Assembly (NCBI RefSeq): GCF_000015225.1
Contig: NC_008698.1
Location: 1,110,001-1,142,000 of the forward strand
Direction: 5' to 3'
Length of the DNA: 32,000 bases
Origin: Thermofilum pendens Hrk 5
GTDB taxonomy: Archaea; Thermoproteota; Thermoprotei; Thermofilales; Thermofilaceae
In this document: piece by piece, positions 23,084 to 32,000 of the stretch
Numbering within the stretch: position 1 is the first letter of the stretch
Layout of the letters: the number at the start of each line of letters is the position of its first letter
Notes under the pieces: generated by a model
Database searches by the model: none
What the model was told of the DNA's origin: nothing
Seen by the model: the letters and a program-made list of their open reading frames with translations, nothing else
Program-made: the position numbers and the translations under genes

Positions 23084-23828
23084 CGATCTCGGAGCTCGAC
23101 TCCGTGAAGGGTTTCCCGGAGTAGTCCTCGAACGTCTTTACGAGCTCGAAACCGCTCTCCCTAAGCACGTGGACTATCTCTCTCAGCGTGAAGAGCCTTA
23201 GCTTCAAGGAGTGCTTGAAGACATCTATCTCGCCTTTAGCGAGGTCAAGTATCGACCACTGTATCTCGGCGTAGGCAACCTGGTCCAGGAAGTCCACCCT
23301 CCAGTTTTCCTCCTTTATTGCCAGTTGCGAGCCGGACTTCCTGAAGCTTGAGAACGGAGTCTCGTAGTAGACCCTCTTCTCAAGCACCCCGACAAGGCTC
23401 CAGGTGTCGAACACGAATACAGAGCCGGGCTTGATTGCCCTCCTAACGGAGCGCAGGAAGCCGAGTAGGGACTCGTCGTCCACGAAGTAGCTCACAACGC
23501 CGTACATCGCTATAGCTGCGTCGAACTCCGAGTTGAAGCCGAGCTTAGTCGCGTCCGAGAGTATGAACTCGACGTTCGTCATTTCCCGAGCCTTCGACCT
23601 CGCTACTTCCAGCATGTTCTGCGAGATATCCACCCCGACGGCCCTGTACCCCCTCCTACCGAGCTCGATCGTGTGGAGACCAGTTCCGCAGCCAACGTCC
23701 AGAACGCTCTTCACGGGTATCAGCGAGTAGTCTCTGAACACTCTTTCGAGGAAGTCTACCTCCGCGCCTATATCCCTGTGAGAGTACAGTAAGTCGTAGT
23801 ACAACGCGTAAGAATCGTCCTTTATCAC
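23058..23828 (-). CDS. class I SAM-dependent methyltransferase
   Basis: Motif I VLDVGCGTGLHTIEL, followed by an acidic loop GVDIS and post-I/II motifs. Confidence 0.85.
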   Translation of the reverse strand: MIKDDSYALYYDLLYSHRDIGAEVDFLERVFRDYSLIPVKSVLDVGCGTGLHTIELGRRGYRAVGVDISQNMLEVARSKAREMTNVEFILSDATKLGFNSEFDAAIAMYGVVSYFVDDESLLGFLRSVRRAIKPGSVFVFDTWSLVGVLEKRVYYETPFSSFRKSGSQLAIKEENWRVDFLDQVAYAEIQWSILDLAKGEIDVFKHSLKLRLFTLREIVHVLRESGFELVKTFEDYSGKPFTESSSEIVVIARALP

Positions 23829-23953
23829 GGCATACTTAACCTTAGCCTCTCATAAAAACTTGACTTAAATATTTGTAACCGGTCCCCGAGAGAACCCTTT
23901 ACGTTTTTCCGACAGGGAGATAAGAATATTACGGGGGGCCGAGGTTTAGTGGC

Positions 23954-24766
23954 GTGAACGAAGGTTCACTCGAAGACTACGCGAGGAAGCTAGCCTCGGA
24001 GCTAGGCCCCGAGGAGGCCTTGAGGAGGGTTGCCGCAGAGCTGTTCGAAGAGCTGAAGAACCCCTTCGAAGACGCGGAGAGGGTGCTCTGCGTGGGGCCG
24101 CACCCGGACGACTGCGAGTACGGCGCCGGAGGGACGCTCGCGTACCTCGCTAGGAGCGGGAAAAGGGTCGTGTACCTAATCCTGACCGACGGCTCCAAGG
24201 GGACTACGAGCCCGGGCGTCGACCCCCGAGAGCTGGCGGAGATCCGCAGGAAGGAGCAGGAGGAGGCGGCCAGGATAATCGGTGTCGAAAAGGTAATCTG
24301 GCTCGGCTACCCCGACACCGAGCTGCCCTACACCCCGGAGGCCAGGAACAGCGTTATCCGGGTGATAAGGGAGGAGAGGCCGGACGTAGTGTTCTCGCCC
24401 GACCCATGGTTGCTCTACGAGGCTCACCCCGACCACAGGGTCGGAGGACTGCTCGCGGCGGAGGCAGTGATGCTATCACCGTTACCGCTGGTACACGTCG
24501 GCGCGCCTCACGCTGTTAAACGCTTGGTCTTCTACTACACTGCTAGGCCTAACTTCTTCCAGCCGGTTGACGGTTACGTGGACATCAAGCTAAACGCCCT
24601 TAGAAGCCACCGGAGCCAGTTCGAGGAAAACTGGGGGCTATTCGAGCTATACCTGAAGACGCTGATGGCGGCTTACGGCGCGAGGGTCGGTGCGAGGTAC
24701 GCGGAGCCACTGAGAGTCCTCCCGGCAACCCTGTTACACGCCACTGCCCTCTCGGAGATAGTCTAG
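23954..24766 (+). CDS. PIG-L/LmbE family N-acetylglucosaminyl deacetylase
   Basis: VLCVGPHPDDCEYGAGGTLAYLARSGKRVVYLILTDG matches the AHPDDE...GG...T.G signature. A later HPDH motif is also present. GTG start. Confidence 0.85.
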   Translation: MNEGSLEDYARKLASELGPEEALRRVAAELFEELKNPFEDAERVLCVGPHPDDCEYGAGGTLAYLARSGKRVVYLILTDGSKGTTSPGVDPRELAEIRRKEQEEAARIIGVEKVIWLGYPDTELPYTPEARNSVIRVIREERPDVVFSPDPWLLYEAHPDHRVGGLLAAEAVMLSPLPLVHVGAPHAVKRLVFYYTARPNFFQPVDGYVDIKLNALRSHRSQFEENWGLFELYLKTLMAAYGARVGARYAEPLRVLPATLLHATALSEIV

Positions 24767-24803
24767 GGTAAAAGAGTAGCGCGCAAAACCTTCGGGGACG
24801 CGG

Positions 24804-26171
24804 ATGGGGGAGCAGAGGCTACGTAGAAGGATCGGGTTGCTCGAGGCCTTCAGCTTCGGCTACGCGGACGTAGGGGCAGGTATCTACATGACCCTGGGGC
24901 TCGTCGCCGCCTACGCCGGGCCAGCGACACCCCTAGCATTCGCAGTCGCGTCGGTGTCGTACCTTTTCACGGCTCTCAGCTACGCGGAGCTCAGCGCAGC
25001 CTACCCTGAGGCTGGGGGCGGGATGGTATTCGCGGATAGGGCTTTTGGAAGGCTGGCCGCTTTCATAGCCGGGTGGAGCCTCCTGCTGGACTACGTCGTT
25101 ACCGGCTCTATATTCGCTCTCTCGACTACGGGCTACCTGGGGCACCTCTTCCCCTTGCTGAAGCGGGACGAGTTCTTCGGGCCCGTAGCGGCTCTGCTCG
25201 TCTTCTTCCTCGTCGTGCTGAACATTCTCGGCATCAGGGAGTCCGCGGCCTTTAGCTCTGCGCTAGTCCTGCTCGACATCGCCGGTCTAAGCGTGATAAT
25301 GGGTATAGGCTACCTGACGAGCTTCAAACCATTCTTCGACAAGGTAAACCTGGGGGTGAACCCGGATTGGCAGAGCTTCATGTACGGCTCGACGCTCGCG
25401 ATGGCGTCGTACCTCGGGATAGAGGTAATCTCGCAGACGGCCGAGGAGACCAGGAGGGCGGGGGCTACGATACCGAGGGCTGTGAAGCTCGTGAGCGTAG
25501 TTGTCATCTTCTTCGCGCTTCTCTTCTCGACGCTCGCTGTCGGCACTGTCGGGTGGGAGGTTCTCGCCGCCTCCCAGAAGGACCCGGCGGCTGTGGTGGC
25601 GGAGCACCTGCCTTACGGATCGGTGCTCGCACTGTGGGTCTCCGTGATAGGTATGACGGTCTGCTACGCCGCGACGAACACCGGGATCGTGGGGGTGTCG
25701 AGGATGGTTTACGCGATGGGGAGGGAGGGGATGCTTCCCCGCTGGTTGACGGAGCTACACGGCCGCTTCAAGACCCCCTACAGGGCTATAGTGGTCTTCG
25801 CGGTAATCCAGCTACTGCTAGCCTACGTCGGGCACCTCGGGTTAGCGGCAGACCTCTACAACTTCGGCGCCCTGCTATCCTACATGGTCGTCAACCTCTC
25901 GGTCCTGGCGCTCCGCGTTAAGGACCCGCACAGGTACAGGCCGTACAAGGTTCCGGGCAACGTCCCGCTCAGAGTGGGCGGCAGGAAGGTGTACGTGCCC
26001 CTGGGGGCCGTCCTAGGCTTCCTGACGAACTTGGCGATGTGGCTCATGGTGGTATCCACGCACAAGGAGGGCAGGCTCGTAGGGTTCGCCTGGCTCCTCG
26101 CAGGCCTCCTGGTCTACGCCGTTTACTCTAGGAGGCGCCGAGCCGAGCCCCTCACTCCCTCGTCGCCCTGA
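24804..26171 (+). CDS. APC-superfamily amino acid/polyamine permease
   Basis: 455 aa with about 12 TM helices. The N-terminal region GLLEAFSFGYADVGAGIYMTLG is typical of APC permeases. Confidence 0.8.
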   Translation: MGEQRLRRRIGLLEAFSFGYADVGAGIYMTLGLVAAYAGPATPLAFAVASVSYLFTALSYAELSAAYPEAGGGMVFADRAFGRLAAFIAGWSLLLDYVVTGSIFALSTTGYLGHLFPLLKRDEFFGPVAALLVFFLVVLNILGIRESAAFSSALVLLDIAGLSVIMGIGYLTSFKPFFDKVNLGVNPDWQSFMYGSTLAMASYLGIEVISQTAEETRRAGATIPRAVKLVSVVVIFFALLFSTLAVGTVGWEVLAASQKDPAAVVAEHLPYGSVLALWVSVIGMTVCYAATNTGIVGVSRMVYAMGREGMLPRWLTELHGRFKTPYRAIVVFAVIQLLLAYVGHLGLAADLYNFGALLSYMVVNLSVLALRVKDPHRYRPYKVPGNVPLRVGGRKVYVPLGAVLGFLTNLAMWLMVVSTHKEGRLVGFAWLLAGLLVYAVYSRRRRAEPLTPSSP

Positions 26172-26895
26172 CCGCTTTGTACACCCTTCTGAGTAAGCGC
26201 GACCTTACCTCGTCCTTCCTCTGGGGGTTAAGCACCCTCACTCTTACCCTCAGGTAAACCGCGTCGGGCTCAAGCCCTACGACGAAGATCTCCGGCTCCT
26301 CGAGCCCCTCCTCCTTGGCTTCCTCCTCGATGGCGCCCTTGACCTTCCTCAGTAGCTGGTCTAACCCCTCCGAGGGGCTCGCGGCGAAGTCTACGTCGAC
26401 GTAGAAGCCTGTACCCGCGGTCAGGTTGTACACCCTTTCCTGCAGAAGCCTGCTGTTCGGGATGTAGAGCTTCTCGTGGGACGACGTGAAGACGACCGTG
26501 TAGAGGTCGTTGACGTCGATCACTCTTCCGCAAGTATCGCCGACCCTAATCCAGTCTCCAACCCTGAAAGGCTTGTACATTTCGAGGAACTGCCGTGCGA
26601 AGATGCTCGGTAGCACGTCCTTCAAGCCTAGGATTACAAGCGCGCCTAGAAGCGCCGTGAACACGAGGACTGTCTCGAGCCTCAGGTTCAGGAGCTCTAA
26701 CGACACAAGGAGCCCTACCACGTAGATAGTCCATGAGCCGTAGCGGCTGATTATCTCGGAGAGGAGGGGGTTGATCTTTCCTAGCGACTTCCTCACTACC
26801 ACCGAGAAAAGGTAGCCGGCTACGACCGTCAGCGCTATGCTAGCCAGGAAGAGTAGTAGGTTGGCAAAGCCCCAAGGCAGGCTGAGCTCGAACAT
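26152..26895 (-). CDS. small-conductance mechanosensitive channel (MscS family)
   Basis: Three N-terminal TM helices, then the beta-domain motif GDWIRVGDTCGRVIDVNDLYTVVFTSSHEKLYIPNSRLL. Confidence 0.85.
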   Translation of the reverse strand: MFELSLPWGFANLLLFLASIALTVVAGYLFSVVVRKSLGKINPLLSEIISRYGSWTIYVVGLLVSLELLNLRLETVLVFTALLGALVILGLKDVLPSIFARQFLEMYKPFRVGDWIRVGDTCGRVIDVNDLYTVVFTSSHEKLYIPNSRLLQERVYNLTAGTGFYVDVDFAASPSEGLDQLLRKVKGAIEEEAKEEGLEEPEIFVVGLEPDAVYLRVRVRVLNPQRKDEVRSRLLRRVYKAVRATRE

Positions 26896-26898
26896 CCA

Positions 26899-27543
26899 TT
26901 ATCCAAGAATATCCTGCCTAGTCTCATTTATTGCTTCCTCTCTCCCGGCGAGCACGAGCCTATCGTCGGCTTCCAACACGAGGTCTTCCCCCGCCTCCAC
27001 GAGGCTCCCGTCCCGCACGACCGCCACCACTTTCAAGCCCTTCTCGACGAGCTCCCGCAGGGGCTTGCCTATCGCCGGGGAGTCCGGCAACACTCTGATC
27101 TCTACGACCGCGAAACCCCCATGCTTGAAGAGAACCCTGTAGTCTACCTCTGTCACAGCCCTTACGAAGAGCTCTGCCACCTCGTCCAGGCATATGACCT
27201 CGTCTGCCCCCGACTGGGCCGCCTTCTCCTTGTTCTCGGCGTGGTTCACCCTGACGACAACCCTCGGTACCCCGAACCTCTTCTTGGCAACAGACGCTAC
27301 GCGTATGTTTAGGGAGTCGCTACCCGACACCGCGAAGAGGACGTCGGCCTTGTTTACCCCGGCCTCCTCGAGTAGCCTGATAGACCTGGCGTCACCGCAG
27401 TAAACGGTGACGTCGAGGCTCCCGGCAAGCTCGCCGCACACCTTCTCGTTTTTCTCCACGACGACAACCCTGTCGCCCCTCTTGGAGAAGAACTCCGCTA
27501 TCGAGTAGCCGACCCTTCCCCCGCCTATCACCGCGACGAACAT
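26899..27543 (-). CDS. trkA: TrkA-type K+ transport regulatory protein (RCK: TrkA-N plus TrkA-C)
   Basis: Rossmann motif VIGGGRVGYSIAEFF and a C-terminal TrkA-C-like VEIRVLPDSPAIGKPLREL...GEDLVLEADDRLVLAG. Confidence 0.85.
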   Translation of the reverse strand: MFVAVIGGGRVGYSIAEFFSKRGDRVVVVEKNEKVCGELAGSLDVTVYCGDARSIRLLEEAGVNKADVLFAVSGSDSLNIRVASVAKKRFGVPRVVVRVNHAENKEKAAQSGADEVICLDEVAELFVRAVTEVDYRVLFKHGGFAVVEIRVLPDSPAIGKPLRELVEKGLKVVAVVRDGSLVEAGEDLVLEADDRLVLAGREEAINETRQDILG

Positions 27544-27626
27544 AGCGCTCCCTAGAGGTACTCCTAGAGAACTTAAAAACCTTTAGAGAGACACGCTTAT
27601 CTAGCTGTTTCTCCAGTTTTACCTCA

Positions 27627-28898
27627 ATGTACGACCTGGTAGTCGTCGGGGGAGGACCCGCAGGGTCCTCCGCGGCTATCGCGGCGGCACGGGCAGGGCT
27701 GTCCGTGGTGGTTCTCGAGAAGGGCGAGAGGAACAGGGACAAGTACTGCGGCGGAGGGATATCCGTGCTTACCCAGAACAGCCTTAGAGAGCTGGGCGCC
27801 GCGGAGGCGTTGGAAACGTTCGAGAACTACGCTGAGGGACACGTGCTTGTACTACCCGGCGAGAAGGTACTCGTAGACGCTATACCGGGGCTTGGCTACG
27901 GTCTCGTGAGGCGTAGCGTTTTCGACGCGAAGCTGAGGGAGCTCGCGGAGAGCTACGGGGCTACGGTTAAGCACGGCTTCGAAGCCTCCTCCATAACCGT
28001 TGACGGCGATAAGGTGGTTGTGAGGAGCAGGAAGGGAGAGGTGGTCGAGGGGAGGTACGCGGTCGTAGCAACCGGGGCGGGGAACTTCCCAGAGAGGGCT
28101 CTCGGCTTCCCGCCTCTGAGGCCGGAGAACCTGGGGCACTGCTGGGGCACCGAGGCGGAGTACCCGGTATCCGCGGAGGTGGAGAGGTGGCGTCACGAGT
28201 ACGGCTTCACTCCGATATTCCTGATGTTCGGCTTCGTCACCTACGGGTACATGTGGGTATTCCCGAAGAGGAACCACATGAACGTCGGGATGGGCACCAC
28301 GCTGGCAGAGTCCGCAAGGTACGGCAGGCTACACCTGGAGGGCTTCGCCCGGGGGCTCGAGCTAGCCCGGAGGATGGGCATTCTGAGCGAGCCCGGGCGC
28401 CTACGTGTGGACAGGTCGTGGCTGATCCCCGGGAAGCCTAGGGCGGTCACGTACTCCCAGGAGAGGAGAGTGCTCCTAGCCGGGGACGCGGCAGGCTTCG
28501 TGCACCCGTTAACAGGCGAGGGGATCTCGGGGGCTGTGCGGAGCGGGCGGCTAGCCGCGGAGACCGTTAAGCAGGCGCTCGACAAGGAGGATCCCGGGTT
28601 GCTGAAGGAGTACGAGGCTAAGTGGTGGGCAGACTTCGGGGAAGACGCGTACGCCTACGGCTTGAAGCTCACGAGGCTCATGTACTCGAGCCCGGCGCTG
28701 CAGAGGCTGGGGCTCTCCATGGTGTTTTCCGACGAGGAAGCTTCGAGGCTACTCTCCATGCTACTCTACAGGGCCGACAGAAGCGCTAGCCGCAGGCTCT
28801 ACGAATACCTCTTGAAGCACTTCCCGGAGCTCCTCCTGAAGCAACCCTTCGCGGGGAAGAAGAGGGACTACTCGAAGAAAAGGCTAAAAGCCGGGTAG
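27627..28898 (+). CDS. FAD-dependent geranylgeranyl reductase family oxidoreductase
   Basis: FAD motif YDLVVVGGGPAGSSAAIAAARAGLSVVVLEKG and LLAGDAAGFVHPLTGEGI. Confidence 0.85.
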   Translation: MYDLVVVGGGPAGSSAAIAAARAGLSVVVLEKGERNRDKYCGGGISVLTQNSLRELGAAEALETFENYAEGHVLVLPGEKVLVDAIPGLGYGLVRRSVFDAKLRELAESYGATVKHGFEASSITVDGDKVVVRSRKGEVVEGRYAVVATGAGNFPERALGFPPLRPENLGHCWGTEAEYPVSAEVERWRHEYGFTPIFLMFGFVTYGYMWVFPKRNHMNVGMGTTLAESARYGRLHLEGFARGLELARRMGILSEPGRLRVDRSWLIPGKPRAVTYSQERRVLLAGDAAGFVHPLTGEGISGAVRSGRLAAETVKQALDKEDPGLLKEYEAKWWADFGEDAYAYGLKLTRLMYSSPALQRLGLSMVFSDEEASRLLSMLLYRADRSASRRLYEYLLKHFPELLLKQPFAGKKRDYSKKRLKAG

Positions 28899-28917
28899 CG
28901 CGACAGCGGCTGATGCC

Positions 28918-29616
28918 TCAGCGCGAGAGGGCTGGGAACTTGACGCCGAGAAGCTCCTCCGCGAACCTAGAGCTATCCTCCCAGGATACTGTGCTGAAGA
29001 AATCCCTGTCGGCGTTTATCGCCGCCTCCACTATTCTCTCGGCGCCGATCTCCCGGAGAGCGTAGAAACCGTGTATCCCCCTCCCCCCGGGTAGCGGTCT
29101 CCACATGCTTATCCACCTCTCCTCTTCGCCGAGCATCCTGAAGGCTGTCTGCGTGGCTCCCTCGTAGGCACCCGCGAGGAAGTAGAACACGTTTACACCC
29201 TCGGGAACCTCTATGCTGTAGAAAGCCTCCTTACCCTCCCCCTCCTCGATGGTTATCCAGAGAACCCCATCCGCTACGGGCTTAGCGTTAAGCCTCGGCA
29301 GGTGCCCGGCGAAGATGTACCAAGCCCCCTCCCCGAATACCTTGACGAAGCCGGCGAGCTTTCCCGGGTCGAACCTGCGCGGCCACAGCGCGGATAGATC
29401 CTCGGGCTTAGCCATCCTCGTCATCGCTATTGTGCCACTCCACACGCCGTTCCTGAAAAGCGCCTTGTTGACTTCGCTCGGCGAAGACACCTCCCTGGCT
29501 ACGCTTGAAACCATGTAGGCAAATAGCATCTGTGGTACCAGCACGTGAACCGTTGGGGCAAAATGCTTCTGTATCCTCATCAGGATTCTGGCTATCTCCG
29601 TCGCCATTGTCTGCAC
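28918..29616 (-). CDS. hypothetical protein (232 aa), possibly with a V4R-like ligand-binding fold
   Basis: High-GC ORF 45 nt downstream of the GTPase gene on the same strand. The segment NVFYFLAGAYEGATQTAFRMLG is reminiscent of V4R domains but lacks their cysteines. The assignment is speculative. Confidence 0.55.
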   Translation of the reverse strand: MQTMATEIARILMRIQKHFAPTVHVLVPQMLFAYMVSSVAREVSSPSEVNKALFRNGVWSGTIAMTRMAKPEDLSALWPRRFDPGKLAGFVKVFGEGAWYIFAGHLPRLNAKPVADGVLWITIEEGEGKEAFYSIEVPEGVNVFYFLAGAYEGATQTAFRMLGEEERWISMWRPLPGGRGIHGFYALREIGAERIVEAAINADRDFFSTVSWEDSSRFAEELLGVKFPALSR

Positions 29617-29661
29617 GCCTCGCGCAATCGCGCAACGCGCGCTATTAAGGTTAACTCTCGT

Positions 29662-30387
29662 CTAGAAGGCTACCCGCGTCTTGAACCCTGCTATGAAGCC
29701 TTTCGTCATCAAGGAGTCCGCTATCCTCTTAACCTCGCCGTAGCTCTTACCCGTGATCCTAGCTATCTCGGCCAGCCCCCTCTTACCGTCGCAGAGCTCG
29801 AACACTGCCAGCTCTTCCTCGGACAGCGCACCCTTACCCGGAGCCTTGGGGGCAGGTACGGGTACGAGGTCTACGGGTACAGGCGGGGCTACCGCCCGGG
29901 GTTGCTCGGGCTTCCTGACCTCGGGGCGCCGCCCCTCGAGCACCCAGAGTCTAAGCTCTTCGATGCTCCCGGGGTCCTTCACGGAGGCTGCGAAGAACTC
30001 GAACCCCCTTTCCCCGGCGAAGCCCTTAAGCCTCGCGACAGTGTCTCCGTAGGGGGAATCCGCCTTCGCCGCCACCAAGCACTTTCTCTCCGCGTTCTCG
30101 ACGACTACGAGCGCCTTTGGTTCGAGGGCCCTCTGGAACGGCTGGCTGGCATCGGCGACTAGGACTCCGACGCTAATCCTCCACCTCCCGGCGATCGTCG
30201 AGACCACGTCTAGGGACTCGTGCCTACCTGCAACCTCCCGCACCACGACCCCTCCGCTCAGGGGGTAGTCCCTGTAGTAGGACGGCTCGTCGAACCTTAC
30301 GTCGAGCTCCGGGAAGAGAGCCTTTATAAGGGAGGACTTGCCCGAGCCCTTCGCGCCTGCGAAGACTACGAGCTTGTAGAGCGACAT
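29662..30387 (-). CDS. small Ras-like GTPase (COG2229/CvnD-like) fused by a Pro-rich linker to a C-terminal DUF742-like HTH domain
   Basis: G1 GAKGSGKSS, G3-like EVAG, G4-like AAKAD, G5-like ASVK. Linker PEQPRAVAPPVPVDLVPVPAPKAPG. C-terminus LSEEELAVFELCDGKRGLAEIARITGKSYGEVKRIADSLMTKGFI. Confidence 0.7.
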   Translation of the reverse strand: MSLYKLVVFAGAKGSGKSSLIKALFPELDVRFDEPSYYRDYPLSGGVVVREVAGRHESLDVVSTIAGRWRISVGVLVADASQPFQRALEPKALVVVENAERKCLVAAKADSPYGDTVARLKGFAGERGFEFFAASVKDPGSIEELRLWVLEGRRPEVRKPEQPRAVAPPVPVDLVPVPAPKAPGKGALSEEELAVFELCDGKRGLAEIARITGKSYGEVKRIADSLMTKGFIAGFKTRVAF

Positions 30388-30471
30388 CTACGCTCAGTGA
30401 ACGTAAACCCGTACACCTTTATGTATTTCGCATGCTAATATATTAGGTCCACTTGCGCGTAAGTAGCGCCG

Positions 30472-31692
30472 GTGAAAAGCATGAAGATAGTTGTTGTCGG
30501 TTGCGGGGCTGTCGGCTCCCTCGTGGCTAGGCTCGCGGCCAAGTGGAAGGTTGCGGACGAGGTTCTGTGCTTGGACAAGGACGTGGAGAGGGCTAAGAGG
30601 TACCTCGACTACCCGGAGCCGCTAGGCATACCGGTGGAGAGGGCGGACGCCCTCGCCGCCGAGGAGCTAAAGGCGAAGGTAGCGGGCTACGACTTCTTGG
30701 TGAACTCTCTCCCGACGTTCGTAAAGGTCGACAAGGCTGAAAGGTTGCTCAACCCGCAGCTAATGAGCGTCGCGCTGAAAGCGGGGCTCAACTACGCGGA
30801 CCTCGCCTGCTACGGGGGGAAGAGGAGGAGGGCCGAGCAGCTCTCCTTCTCCAAGGCGTTCAGCGAGGCGGGCCTTCTCGCCCTCATAAACATGGGGGCC
30901 TCCCCCGGCCTTTCCAACATACTCGCGAGGGAGGTCTACGAGGATCTCGACTCGGCGGAGTCTCTCTACGTGATGTCCCTCGAGGACCAGAGGGGGAGCT
31001 CGTTCGTGATTCCGTGGTCGAGGGAGGAGATGCTCAACGTTGCTTCGCCTGAGCTGTGTTTCCGCGGCAGGAAGTACTCCCTCAGGGAGCCCTTCTCCGA
31101 GAGCGCGCTCTGCAACTTCCCGGAGCCCATAGGCCCCGTTAGGTGCTACTCCGTCTCTAATGACGAAGCCTACACGATCCCGGCTTTCCTGAGGATCTCG
31201 AACTTCTACTACCTGGCCGGCGGGAGCGACATAGAAGTCCTGAGGGCTCTGTACAGGCTCGGCATACTGAGCGACGTGCCCGTGAAGCTACGCAAGGCGA
31301 CGGTAACCCCCAGGGAGCTACTCTACCACATCCTGCCCCCGACCCCCTCCCCCGAGTACATAGTCAGGGTGGTAAAGGAGGGGGACCTCGAGGACGCCTA
31401 CTTCGCGCTACAGGTGTACGCCGAGGGCGAGGTTAGAGGCGAGAGGGCGGTCTCGAAGAGGTACCTCGTCTTCCCATCGCAGAGAAGGGTAAACGAGCTG
31501 ATGCCGGGGGCTACCTACATCACGTACCCCACGGCTCTGAGCCTCCTAGCCGTGCTCAGCGCGGTTAAGGGGAGAAGGCTTAGGGGGGTCGTACCCGGTG
31601 AAGCCCTACCCGGGCCCATTAGGCGCGCGGTACTGGACTACCTGAGGGTTCAGGGGATAACTGTAGGCGAGGAGTTCAGGACCGTTGCCTAG
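30472..31692 (+). CDS. saccharopine dehydrogenase-like NAD(P)-binding oxidoreductase
   Basis: N-terminal Rossmann KIVVVGCGAVGSLVARL and the family-typical GASPGLSNILA. ATG 30481 is the likely start (the ORF opens at GTG 30472). Confidence 0.7.
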   Translation: MKSMKIVVVGCGAVGSLVARLAAKWKVADEVLCLDKDVERAKRYLDYPEPLGIPVERADALAAEELKAKVAGYDFLVNSLPTFVKVDKAERLLNPQLMSVALKAGLNYADLACYGGKRRRAEQLSFSKAFSEAGLLALINMGASPGLSNILAREVYEDLDSAESLYVMSLEDQRGSSFVIPWSREEMLNVASPELCFRGRKYSLREPFSESALCNFPEPIGPVRCYSVSNDEAYTIPAFLRISNFYYLAGGSDIEVLRALYRLGILSDVPVKLRKATVTPRELLYHILPPTPSPEYIVRVVKEGDLEDAYFALQVYAEGEVRGERAVSKRYLVFPSQRRVNELMPGATYITYPTALSLLAVLSAVKGRRLRGVVPGEALPGPIRRAVLDYLRVQGITVGEEFRTVA

Positions 31693-31700
31693 CGGGGCGC

Positions 31701-32000
31701 CTACGGGATCTGGAGGTAGACAGCCGCGAAGCCCAGGGCGAGGGTTGCCGCCGTAACCGGTAGCCCGACTCTCAGCCACTCCTTGAACCCGGCGGACCTG
31801 CCCAGCCTTTTCTCCAGGACGCTGAGCGCCACTATGTTCGCAGTGCTACCTATCGGTGAAAGGTTCCCGGCGTAGACGGCCGAGAATAGCGTCAGCCACC
31901 AGAACGGCTCTGTGTGGAACCCCTGGGCGCCTAGCTCGTGTACAACCCGGGATAGAATCGCGACGGCGATCACGTTGTCCATGAAGGCGCTCATAAGGGA
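31701..32000 (-). CDS. C-terminal part of an ArsB/NhaD-superfamily (citrate-transporter-like) permease; the 5' end lies outside the window
   Basis: SAFMDNVIAVA and GNLSPIGSTANIV match the SAxxDN and GGNxTxIGSxAN motifs. The frame stays open to base 32000. Confidence 0.7.
   Translation of the reverse strand, partial: SLMSAFMDNVIAVAILSRVVHELGAQGFHTEPFWWLTLFSAVYAGNLSPIGSTANIVALSVLEKRLGRSAGFKEWLRVGLPVTAATLALGFAAVYLQIP

Noticed and set aside
26152-26171. 20-nt 3' overlap of the convergent APC permease and MscS genes
   Set aside because: Short convergent overlaps are common in compact archaeal genomes. No hairpin or other structure is evident.
1-32000. Search by eye for CRISPR repeats, tRNA and rRNA genes (T-loop GTTCRAATC motifs), IS elements, integrases and transposases
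   Set aside because: I saw no regularly spaced repeats, no cloverleaf-compatible segments in intergenic regions, and no recombinase-like ORFs. Visual scanning is not exhaustive; tRNAscan-SE, Infernal and an IS or CRISPR finder would settle it.

Overview
This is a high-GC archaeal chromosome segment. Hand counts give about 60-75% G+C in most 60-nt samples. I infer a hyperthermophilic crenarchaeon (Desulfurococcales-like) from four traits: Glu/Arg/Val/Leu-rich proteins, AGG/AGA arginine codons, TATA-like boxes about 25-35 nt upstream of start codons, and ATGA/GTGA 4-nt gene overlaps. I support about 37 protein genes and found no rRNA, tRNA, CRISPR array, transposase or integrase by eye. Housekeeping and transport content: a sugar-nucleotide epimerase, a thioredoxin-like protein, an ABC-2 exporter pair, a four-gene CUT1-type sugar ABC importer, and an HD / MenA-like prenyltransferase / radical-SAM-SPASM operon. 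It also includes MarC, AlaX, a SAM methyltransferase, a PIG-L deacetylase, an APC permease, MscS, TrkA, a geranylgeranyl-reductase-family flavoprotein, a saccharopine-dehydrogenase-like protein and an ArsB/NhaD-type permease fragment. The unusual part is 12.3-20.6 kb. It holds a sharply bounded low-GC island (12.33-14.88 kb) with an orphan 460-aa secreted protein and a HEPN-MNT toxin-antitoxin cassette. The HEPN gene is frameshifted. The cassette is bracketed by about 95-bp imperfect direct repeats that duplicate the 3' end of the adjacent gene. Downstream come an orphan MCM/BrxL-like AAA+ ATPase, a VapBC module, and a two-gene operon for a PepSY-like membrane protein plus a Tyr-rich secreted protein. 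That secreted protein shares ordered motifs with the island protein. A second candidate module at 28.9-30.4 kb pairs a small GTPase fused to a DUF742-like HTH with an unknown 232-aa protein. All functional calls rest on motifs read from the translations and none was checked by a database search.
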